From: Octopus bimaculoides | Taxonomy: Eukaryota | Direction: 5' to 3' | NCBI RefSeq assembly: GCF_001194135.2 | Contig: NC_068987.1 | Span: forward strand, 11,938,627 to 11,979,426 | Length of the DNA: 40,800 nt | Shown here: positions 1 to 9,248 of the stretch, in pieces | How the letters are laid out: each line of letters begins with the position of its first letter | How positions within the stretch are numbered: the stretch's first letter is position 1 | Translations under genes and position numbers: made by a program | The notes under the pieces: model-generated | The model's database searches: none | Told to the model about the DNA's origin: nothing | Seen by the model: only the letters and a program-made list of their open reading frames with translations

Positions 1-1496
1 ATATATATATATATATATAAAACCAAATACATGCGCGTAGAAAAATTATTGTTACATTAGATTCTACCTCATTTATCCATTGAACTAACAAGGGTTAAAG
101 AAAAGAAATTACTGGGAAGACTGCGAACCATAACGTCTCCTGACAATTGTCTCAAGAGTGAGAAATAAGATGGGTTGGCCATTTAACAAGACGCTAATAT
201 ATCTTATCTCAAGTGGATACGGCGATGCATAGAGAAATCTTCGATTAAAAGTGTTTGTAGGAAAACTGAAAGTACTGGAGTAGCTCAGCAACATTAAGGA
301 ATAGAAAATGAGAAAGATGTCGAAAGATCTGAAATTGGTTGATAATGGGAAAAACGGTGAGACACTGTTTTTTTATTGTTCTGCACCTACGAGTTGTTTA
401 AGCTACGAGTTCTTTAGTTTACGAGTTCTTTAGGCTAATTTGATAACGTATCAAAATATTGATTCTCGTTTTTTCATCAAATTCAAGAAATGTCTAACCG
501 TTATTGAAATAATGAGACTGGCCCTTGATGATTAAAGAGATGTGCTGCTCCATTTCCTTAAGAAGATTCAACGTGTGGATTTAAGAGGAATTGTATATGG
601 CTTACTTCCAAACTGTTAGATCGTAACCTGCTTTTGTGCTGTAGATGTTATCTTACATCCGTAGACAGTGCACTAAATATTATTTTCCAAGCGTTTCATA
701 CTTGCGGATGAAGCAATTATTAAATTGGTTTATCTCACGCAAAAAATGATGAAGGAGGGGTAAATATTTTAGAAAAGAAAAAAAAAAAAAGAAAAATGAG
801 TAAGAAAGAAAAAAGAAATAAGGAGACAGAGAAAGAAAGAAATGTAGAAAGAAAGAAAAATAAAACGTTTAAGGGACATGCCATATTCTTCGATTCCCCA
901 GGGAAAGGGCATAGATAACGTGGTATTTTGTTTCTCATATTTTATAACATTTCGACCCATTTAATAAATCATCTTTAATATTACTGTTACGACGATCCCC
1001 AAGTGTCACCCATTCACTCCACATGTTACCAATACAATAAAACTGAATACGATAAAGGTATTGATAATGATAAATACTTTATTGACACTGAATGGTGTAT
1101 TCTCGAATTTCTCTACTGCTTTATAACTGAAACCTTGTACTTTTACAACAGATGCGTTTTTCTTTTTCAAACAAAAAATACTGTTGAAGTATAATTAAAT
1201 CGTGTTAGATACTCTATTAGATTGATCTTGTATAATTATCGCTAATTAGAAAGTTGTGATTAGCCGTGTAGGGTTGCAGGCGGTGTGAAAATTATACTTC
1301 TGGTTTGTATGCTATTACTGAAAACCCCAGTGCCTTAACTGAAGTCAAATAGCTCACTCTTACATTCGAAAGTGGATGCAGGCGAATGCTTGACGGCCAA
1401 TTCTAAAGGAACCACATTGATCCGAAAGTTGGAAGTAATTTTCATTCATACTAGATGTGTATGTGTGTGTGTGTGTGTGTGCGTGTTTTATTACAT

Positions 1497-1680
1497 AGGC
1501 GCATGCGTGGCTGCATGTTAAGAAGCTTGCTTCCTAGTTACACGCCTTCGGGTTCAGTCGCACAGCGGGGCACTTTGGGCAAGTGTCTTCTACTATAGCC
1601 TTGGGCCGACCAAAGTCATGTGAGTGGATATGGTAGACGGAAACTGAGAAGAGACCGTCGTATACACACACACACACACG
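1497..1680 (+). mobile_element. SINE family A, 5' half, ending in a (CA)n tract
   Basis: Aligns by eye to the fuller copies at 6702-7112 and 19580-19941. Carries the tRNA-like head (GGGTTCAGTCG B-box-like) and TTGGGCAAGTGTCTTCTACTATAGCC. Confidence 0.85.
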
Positions 1681-1990
1681 TACACATTTTAAATGATTGA
1701 TACTGAAGACGGAGTGTAACTAAAAGCTAAATAAAGCTTCTAGTTACACTCAGTCTTCCATATCAATCATTCAAAATATACCCAGAATGCACCTAGGAAT
1801 TCCTAACGTTGATTCAGTGACGAAAGCGCAGTAACCTGGATGATACCTGATCGCCATAAGTGGTGAACGTGCTCTGCAGGTACACTACTTGGAACTTACT
1901 CGAAACAAGGTTTGGATACCGCATTTTAATGTCTCCTTCTTAAGCCTTAATTTTTCATTTTAAATTCAACTATATATATGTGTATATATA

Positions 1991-2065
1991 CAGGCGTGGC
2001 TGTGTGGTAAGAAGCTTGCTTCCCAACCACATAGTTTCCAGGTTCAGTCCCACTGCGTGGCACCC
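1991..2065 (+). mobile_element. SINE family A head fragment (tRNA-like part only)
   Basis: CAGGCGTGGCTGTGTGGTAAGAAGCTTGCTTCCCAACCACAT...GGTTCAGTCCCACTGCGTGGCACC is near-identical to the start of the 6702 copy. Confidence 0.85.
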
Positions 2066-2248
2066 CCATACACCCCCATACAACCATCATTCCTCAGTCC
2101 TAAATTCTACGCCTGGTACCTATGTCAAGAAAAATTTTGGACAGCAACAACAATATAATGCAATATATTTTGTCTATCATCATACAAACCTCGACCTATC
2201 AAAGTAGATTTCGAAGTCCCCGTGTTCAGTTTATTCACTTCATAGCAG

Positions 2249-2284
<36 letters not shown>

Positions 2285-2875
2285 GGAGAGAGAGAGAGAG
2301 ACTGTATGGAGCTTCTAATTAATTACACTGACAAACATGGTGGTCATTATCAGATTCTTTATTTGTCAGGTCAACACAATATGTCTGAGTTAATTTGTTA
2401 GTCACGTTGGTATTTTTAAAAGGAAATGACTTACTGTAAGTACTTTAAACTTAGGGCATTCATTATGATGGTACCTTTAAACGAATCAAAGAGAATGAGC
2501 ATATATACATATATATATATNNNNNNNNNNNNNNNNNNNNNNNNNNNNNNNNNNNNNNNNNNNNNNNNNNNNNNNNNNNNNNNNNNNNNNNNNNNNNNNN
2601 NNNNNNNNNNNNNNNNNNNNNNNNNNNNNNNNNNNNNNNNNNNNNNNNNNNNNNNNNNNNNNNNNNNNNNNNNNATATATGCATATAAATATATGCATAC
2701 ATACATATATACAGAGAGAGCGAGAGAGTGGGGTGGGCACTTAATAGCCTTCAGGCACTTGTCTTAAATACTTGTCTAATTTCTTACAAGTTACTGAGCA
2801 AAAGTTGAAAGACAAGACAAGAGGAAGTTCCTTGAATTTTTATTATTCTGGCAGAAATTCATAATAGTTCACTTC

Positions 2876-3088
2876 GGCGAGCTGGTAGAATAGTTATCGT
2901 GTCGAACAAAGTACTTAGCAGTATTTCTACCAGTTTTACTATACGAGTTCAAATACTGGCAAGGTCTACTTTGCTTTTTAGATTTCGGGGTCGATAAAAA
3001 TAAATACCAGCTGAGCATCGAGATCGATGTCATTGACTTATACACTTCCCTCAAAATTGCTGGTCTTGTGCCAAAATTTGAAACCATT
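2876..3088 (+). mobile_element. SINE family B copy
   Basis: GGCGAGCTGGTAGAATAGTTA head, GAGTTCAAAT B box, TTTCGGGGTCGATAAA core and CTTGTGCCAAAATTTGAAACC tail, all shared with many copies in the window. Confidence 0.85.
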
Positions 3089-3236
3089 GTTAACAGGTCC
3101 TGCACATTGGGCATTCGTTCATATATAATCTAATCCCTGTTGGTTTAATCTGTATGAAAATTAGCTTAAGCAATATAAAGTATGCCTTCAAGCGAATTCA
3201 CATATGTTGATATACGATGTGAACACGAAAGACAAT

Positions 3237-3415
3237 ACAGCTCTATATTTAAAAGACGAGGAATTATGTACATTATTTACACTTGACGGATTTTTGTCTT
3301 CATCTTGTTTGTTGTTAACACAACGTTTCGGCTGATATACCCTCCAGCCTTCATCAGGTGTCTTGCGGAAATTTCAAACCTGGGTTCTCATTCCTGAGGT
3401 ATTTTTAGATGTTGT

Positions 3416-3446
<31 letters not shown>
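3237..3446 (-). mobile_element. Short hammerhead-bearing repeat, probably Penelope-like-element-derived or a SINE tail
   Basis: Contains the complete hammerhead motif at 3317-3362 and is bounded by an (AAT)n tract. There is only one copy in the window, so repeat status is inferred. Confidence 0.6.
3317..3362 (-). ncRNA. Minimal type I hammerhead ribozyme
   Basis: Minus strand reads GACAC-CUGAUGA-A-GGCUG-GAGGGUAUAU-CAGCC-GAAAC-GU-U-GUGUU. Both conserved core boxes are present, with a 5-bp stem I, a 5-bp stem II and a palindromic ACGU in place of stem III. Confidence 0.8.
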
Positions 3447-3477
<31 letters not shown>

Positions 3478-3495
3478 TTATTCTTCTTCTTATTA

Positions 3496-3629
3496 TTGAG
3501 TGAGAGAGCAGTGCATGCTATTAAAGTGACACTGGGGTAAAATATACAAAGCCCAATATACCCATCATGACTACCCGTCTGATAAGGGTACACCAGGCAC
3601 ATGCATCACAACCATATGTGCGCAACATG
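3496..3629 (-). mobile_element. 3' part of another SINE with an (AAT)n tail; its 5' part is lost in the N gap
   Basis: Minus strand ends GCATGCACTGCTCTCTCACTC followed by an (AAT)n tail, a typical retroposon 3' end. Family assignment is from recollection only. Confidence 0.55.
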
Positions 3630-4427
3630 NNNNNNNNNNNNNNNNNNNNNNNNNNNNNNNNNNNNNNNNNNNNNNNNNNNNNNNNNNNNNNNNNNNNNNN
3701 NNNNNNNNNNNNNNNNNNNNNNNNNNNNNNNNNNNNNNNNNNNNNNNNNNNNNNNNNNNNNNNNNNNNNNNNNNNNNNNNNNNNNNNNNNNNNNNNNNNN
3801 NNNNNNNNNNNNNNNNNNNNNNNNNNNNNNNNNNNNNNNNNNNNNNNNNNNNNNNNNNNNNNNNNNNNNNNNNNNNNNNNNNNNNNNNNNNNNNNNNNNN
3901 NNNNNNNNNNNNNNNNNNNNNNNNNNNNNNNNNNNNNNNNNNNNNNNNNNNNNNNNNNNNNNNNNNNNNNNNNNNNNNNNNNNNNNNNNNNNNNNNNNNN
4001 NNNNNNNNNNNNNNNNNNNNNNNNNNNNNNNNNNNNNNNNNNNNNNNNNNNNNNNNNNNNNNNNNNNNNNNNNNNNNNNNNNNNNNNNNNNNNNNNNNNN
4101 NNNNNNNNNNNNNNNNNNNNNNNNNNNNNNNNNNNNNNNNNNNNNNNNNNNNNNNNNNNNNNNNNNNNNNNNNNNNNNNNNNNNNNNNNNNNNNNNNNNN
4201 NNNNNNNNNNNNNNNNNNNNNNNNNNNNNNNNNNNNNNNNNNNNNNNNNNNNNNNNNNNNNNNNNNNNNNNNNNNNNNNNNNNNNNNNNNNNNNNNNNNN
4301 NNNNNNNNNNNNNNNNNNNNNNNNNNNATATATATATATATATATGTAGATACATATATACATATGTATATATATATATATATATGTAGATACATATATA
4401 CATATGTATATATACATATGTATATAT

Positions 4428-4533
4428 AAATTCAAATTACGATGAGCGTAAACAAACAAACGAAGTTTGCTTTAGAAGCGTTGAGATGTCATAGAAAGTT
4501 AAAAAAGAGATTTTTAAATTCTCAAACGCAGGA
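4428..4533 (+). repeat. 106-bp direct repeat, copy 1
   Basis: AAATTCAAATTACGATGAGCGTAAACAAACAAACGAAG...CTCAAACGCAGGA recurs at 4745-4850 with a few substitutions and small indels. Confidence 0.95.
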
Positions 4534-4595
4534 CAATGCTAATAATGTAGCTTGAACAGGATAAGCTACCCCTATTTTGCAGAAAAAATAAGTGT

Positions 4596-4679
4596 TGGCG
4601 GAGAGATATGAGACTCGAGCTCACACCTGCGTGATTACGCGTCGCGGTGCTCTAGACCGATTAAGCTAAACTGCTCTCC
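4596..4679 (-). pseudogene. tRNA-like sequence with encoded CCA and a Thr(CGT)-like anticodon arm
   Basis: Acceptor GGAGAG/CTCTCC-G-CCA; D-arm TAGCTTAATCGGTCTAGAGC; anticodon arm CGCGA-CGCGTAA-TCACG; T-arm GTGAG-CTCGAGT-CTCAT; a T6 run 7 nt downstream. Extra nucleotides and T54C/U33G changes argue against a canonical tRNA. Confidence 0.65.
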
Positions 4680-4744
4680 CCCGAGATTCTTCTGCAAACT
4701 TAAGATGTATAGAAATCTCGCTTTATGAGACGCTATCATACGTT

Positions 4745-4850
4745 AAATTCAAATTACGACGAACGTAAACAAACAAACGAAGTTTGCTTTTAGAAGCGTT
4801 GAGATGTCTTAGAAAGTTAAAGAAGTGATTCTAAATTCTCAAACGCAGGA
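4745..4850 (+). repeat. 106-bp direct repeat, copy 2
   Basis: Matches 4428-4533. Confidence 0.95.
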
Positions 4851-4899
4851 TATATGTATATTTATGTACATACATATATGTATATTTGTATACGTATAT

Positions 4900-4979
<80 letters not shown>

Positions 4980-6381
4980 ATACACTCACACACAAATGTA
5001 TATATTTTTATGTGACTATCAAAGTGATTTGGCTAAAACAGGATTAGGCATTGCTGTTTTGATAGATGTGAAATTCTCCAAATCAGGATTCCTAGCAAGA
5101 CAACATTAGTCTGGTCAGTTCTTCTATTATATATGATTTATTACATAGATATCTTAACGCCATAGAAGATGCATATATCACGCTAAGGCTTTTCCATTGA
5201 ACAGTGGACACAACATTAACATTTTAACAGAATCAAATATTATCACTAGCTAGTGAAACCCACTGAAAATGAATAAATCATTCTGTACATTTTAAAACTT
5301 TCTTCACTAGTTTCAGCATTTGTTTTGGGATCATACCAGATCATCCCGTTCAGAGATTTAGTCGATTAAAAGGAATCCAGTAATTATATGGAGATGCAGC
5401 ACGGAATTTTGTCAGTGAACCGATCGCGGTTTCAAAGCGATGAAAATATTTTCATAAAGTAAATTTAAATGTTGAAGTGAATCTAACGGCTTTTGTGTGT
5501 TTTTAAATGGTTTATAAACACCTTCCACGCTGCAGTTGTTTTTGTTTCAGCACACGATCTCAGATCAAGTCACGTGCTATGCAAGTACATCTCAGTGATT
5601 ATATGCTTTATATCTTATAAAATCCACAGTAAATGAAAGAGAATGTAGGCCTGTGCAAGATTTGAACTTAGAACTTAAAAGTAATGAATTACCACAAAAC
5701 GTTTTTGTCAGATACTCTACTGATTATATCAACTAGCGATTCTATAATAGAAGTTGCTTTGCATATTAGCTTCATCTGTTATATTCAGTCCAAGTTTCCT
5801 GTATGAAAACTTCTTCCCTTCCCGCTATTTATATTGAAGGCTGGTGAGAAGAAGGGAGACTATGTCCATATCTCTGTAAAAAGCTATGGGCACTATCATC
5901 CAGTGATGGAAAAGTGAGAGTTCCAACGTGACATTTGAGGTGTTTAGGGCATTTTTGAGTCTGGTACAATCCATTACATTCCAGATCTAACTACGTCGGA
6001 TTTCTTCCAGAAAAATAGTTAGAGTGATATTAAAATAAGGAATCTGCCCTTAGTACAGGCACTTTATTTATCGGTCCCCAAAAAGCATAAAAATTGAAGA
6101 CGGCCTCATTGAGATTTGAACTTACAGAAAAAAAAAAGAGAGAGCCGGAACGTTTGCCACAAAGCAATACACCAGAAACGATAATAATTCTGCCAATTAG
6201 CTGGATGTGATTTACAGTCTAGTGACTACATCAATAGAACTAGCAATGCATCTTGGGAATATGTTAAATAGGGAAAGAGGCATTGAACGCTTGATGGAAG
6301 CCAAGATATTTTAAACAATATTACTGCAAAATATAATATTCTGTTCAGTACTGTCTACCATACGCCTGTTATTTTTTTCTG

Positions 6382-6566
6382 TCTTTTACTTGTTTCATTC
6401 ATTGGACTGTGGCCATGCTGGGGCACAACCCTGAAGGGTTTAGTCAAACAAATCGGCCCAGTGCTTATATTTTTTAAGCTGGTACTTATTCTATCGTTCT
6501 CTATTGCCGAACCACTAAATTATAGGAAAATAAACAACTAGTAGTCGGGTGGGTGGCACACATACA
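6382..6566 (-). mobile_element. SINE family A 3' half, diverged
   Basis: Reverse complement of the family A tail (TTTTACTTGTTTCATTCATTGGACTGTGGCCATGCTGGGGCAC). Confidence 0.8.
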
Positions 6567-6589
6567 TACCTTATATATATATTCTTATA

Positions 6590-6696
6590 TTCTTTACGTG
6601 TTTCAATCATTTGACTGCAGCCATGCTGGAGCACCGCCTTAAAGGGTTTTTAATCGAAGAACTCGACCCCAGAACTTATTCTGTGTATGCCTAGTT
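6590..6696 (-). mobile_element. SINE family A 3' fragment
   Basis: CATTTGACTGCAGCCATGCTGGAGCACCGCC is complementary to about 7055-7105. Confidence 0.85.
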
Positions 6697-6701
6697 TTAT
6701 A

Positions 6702-7112
6702 GTCGCAGGCGTGGCCGTATGGTAAGAAGCTTGCTTCCCAACCACATGGTTCCGGGTTCAGTCCCACTGCGTGGCACCTTGGGCAAATGTCTTCTACTAT
6801 AGCCCCGGGTCGACCAAAGCCTTTTGAGTAGATTTGGTAGACGGAAACCGAAAGAAGCCCGTCATACACACACACACACATATATATTTATGTGTGTGTG
6901 CCTTTATGTCTGTGTTTGTCCCCCACCATCGCTTGACAACTGATGTTGGTGTGTTTACGCCCCCGTAACTGAGCGGTTCGATAAAAGATTCCGATAGAAT
7001 AAGTACTAGGCTTACAAAGAATAAGTCCTGCAGTCTATCTCTGCGACTAAAACTCCTTGAAGGCAGTGCTCCAGTATGGCCGCAATCAAATGACTGAAAC
7101 CAGTAACGGAAT
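6702..7112 (+). mobile_element. SINE family A, full-length tRNA-derived CORE-like SINE with an internal microsatellite
   Basis: A-box-like TGGCCGTATGGT, B-box-like GGTTCAGTCCC, CCTTGGGCAA CORE-like motif, internal (CA)/(TG) tract and conserved tail. Multiple copies are present in the window. Confidence 0.9.
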
Positions 7113-7125
7113 AACAGAATATATA

Positions 7126-7672
7126 CAGTTGAAAATCCTTTATATGAAATTCCAAAGCGGAAAGTTTGAAATGCTGACATGATGATACGTCACGAATGGG
7201 AAATTCTACAAAGTGCTGGAGGCTTGATGATGCTCCGGTTTTTTTTATTTTATGACCGATAGTGCGACAGCCAAAATGGCTCTGAATCAAAGCGATCCTG
7301 ATGCTAGTAATGACGATGAAGATGACATTGGGAACACATTAGGAACGATGTCCATGGATAGTACGGTGAAAATGTGCGATAGACTTATTAAAGGACGAGA
7401 ACAACTTGCATTCATTACAGAAAAAGAAATCAAATTCGTGTATAAAAATCAAAAAAGAAAGAAACTGCTACAATGAAAAATATTATTAATGAAGCGGTGA
7501 CATTGCAATGATACTTGCGTCATTGTTGCACTAATAAATATAATTCTGACATTTTCAGTTTTCATTACATTTAACTATAATTAAATTTCATATTTTGTTT
7601 TTATACGGAAATCTTTATGTTCTATAACATTTTAATCAAAACAGGATTCCCCAGATGGATACTCTCAACTTG
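7126..7672 (+). mobile_element. Internally deleted Tigger/pogo DNA transposon with a transposase C-terminal remnant
   Basis: TA|CAGTTGAAAATCC left end and GGATACTCTCAACTTG right end (degenerate TIRs). ORF 7252-7476 (LNQSDPDASNDDEDD...VKMCDRLIKGREQLAFITEKEI) resembles Tigger transposase C-termini as I recall them. Confidence 0.75.
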
Positions 7673-8700
7673 TCGAATTTTCCAGCTCATAGTTATGTCG
7701 TCGATGACGCGTCCTCACCAAGTTTCTCGAACTTGACGTAGCTGTAATGTCTGTTGGGGCTACATTTATCTTCAAGAAAGCAAATCTCATCATGTTTCGT
7801 TTTGACTTTTTGTACAGTAAGCTCAAAACATTATTCTTACGCGACATCTGAATCTTACCACTGCGTACGGGTGTAACATGATGAGCGTCACTATTCATAC
7901 ATTAATTTAAAAATAAAAAGCTGACTGTTTTTCAATTTTGATTTTAATTACATATAGTCCATGCTCTAACGATCTTAACATTAGATTCAGAATTCACCCA
8001 AGGCTGGGACCAGATGTCATACGTCCCCTACTCAATTCTGATTACAACACATAAATTCACTGCAATACAATTTCTTTTCCTCACCAAGCCCCGCTCTAAA
8101 CAACATTGTCCCATCTACTAACGAAACCAGGACAAATCACTTCAAGGGATACCAGATAAGCCACCTATACCTGGATACATTTCAGTCAACAAAAACTCCC
8201 TATTTGAATTGGCCATTATACAACAAAACTTGATTTAAAAAATGACATAACAGATCCTCTCAGGTGGTGTTATTAAGTAAGACATGGCCATTTTTTTTTG
8301 CCCGAAGCATATCTAAGTCATCTAAGCTGAATCTTCACTTGTATTCCTTACATAAAACCTAATATTTGTATAGTAAAAAATGAAATACAAATGGCGTACT
8401 AATACTGTAATCTTTTATTCATACCATGACATCGCAGGTGGAGACTGATATCTTACATTTCTGATGGTATCATGGTATCATGTACGAAAATTATCATTAT
8501 TAAAAAATTTATGTAGAACTACCATCAGAATATATGTATGAGCTATGTTATGGAATGTAAACGGATATTGTGTTTAGACTTGGGTTCCATCCTCAAGCTG
8601 GGCCATTTTGTAGATAGACTATAAAAATATTCAGGAAACAGAAAAGATACGAAATTTGCAATAGTTTCCGTCCCAGAAATTTGGGACAAGGAATTTTTCA

Positions 8701-8707
<7 letters not shown>

Positions 8708-8793
<86 letters not shown>
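8708..8793 (+). repeat. (CA)n microsatellite, about 43 units
   Basis: Direct reading. Confidence 0.98.
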
Positions 8794-8795
<2 letters not shown>

Positions 8796-8966
8796 CACAT
8801 TGAGAACATACATACACATTGAGCGCTCACTTCTCATTCTCACTATTCGATATTAGCACATATATGTTTGTGTGTGTATGTGTGTGCATGTATGTATATA
8901 TATATGTGTGTATGTATATATCTCAATATATATGTGTGTGTGTGTATGTATATTATATATATATGT

Positions 8967-9248
8967 CTGTCCTTGGCTGGCCTCAAATCTCACCTGCGAA
9001 CCCATGGAAAACAAACCTCACCCAGCTATTCTGATTATATGTCTGTGCACACGATTGAATGTGGTGTGTGCCAGAGGGTTTGCAAATCCAATGGGGGTCT
9101 TGAAAGACATGTTAGGATCCACAATGAGCAGAACTTACTTGCGGGTATTGGTAGTGCAAATCAGAGGTGCAATCTGTGTGGGTGTTTTTTCAAAACACTG
9201 TCTGGTTTAAAAAGCCACATCAGACGCCATGAAAGGGCTAAGGTGTAG
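8967..9248 (+). pseudogene. C2H2 zinc-finger coding fragment (2.5 fingers), most likely the 3' end of a 5'-truncated LINE ORF
   Basis: Two perfect C-x2-C-x12-H-x3-H motifs (CGVC...HVRIH and CNLC...HIRRH) plus a half finger (LKSHLRTH), with long non-TGEKP linkers. Stop at 9246-9248, then about 50 bp and a TA tract. It starts abruptly at a microsatellite with no clear splice acceptor. Confidence 0.7.

Noticed and set aside
530-780. Possible very old Tc1/mariner relic (D..H..KKIQ, PN..D.N.L and DEGG-like traces)
   Set aside because: Needs several frameshifts and substitutions to match; not supportable without a profile search.
2433-2472. Possible 40-nt minus-strand exon (AAG acceptor, GTAAGT donor)
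   Set aside because: Two frames are open, there is no recognisable peptide, and the signals are of a strength expected by chance.
5390-5593. Repeat-like segment with GAGATG/CATCTC ends and a TCGC/GCGA stem followed by GAAA and AATATT, reminiscent of a decayed hammerhead
   Set aside because: The CUGANGA box is absent, the inverted ends are only 6 bp, and there is a single copy in the window.
5630-6205. Very diverged family B-like fragments (about 5630-5745 and 6040-6205; similar ones at 11820-11960) and a PDLTTSDFF mariner-like motif near 5975-6010
   Set aside because: Probably old repeats, but too degraded to delimit or classify reliably by eye.
8455-8535. Short inverted repeat TTCTGATGGTA/TACCATCAGAA
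   Set aside because: Only about 11-13 bp with a long spacer and no TSD.
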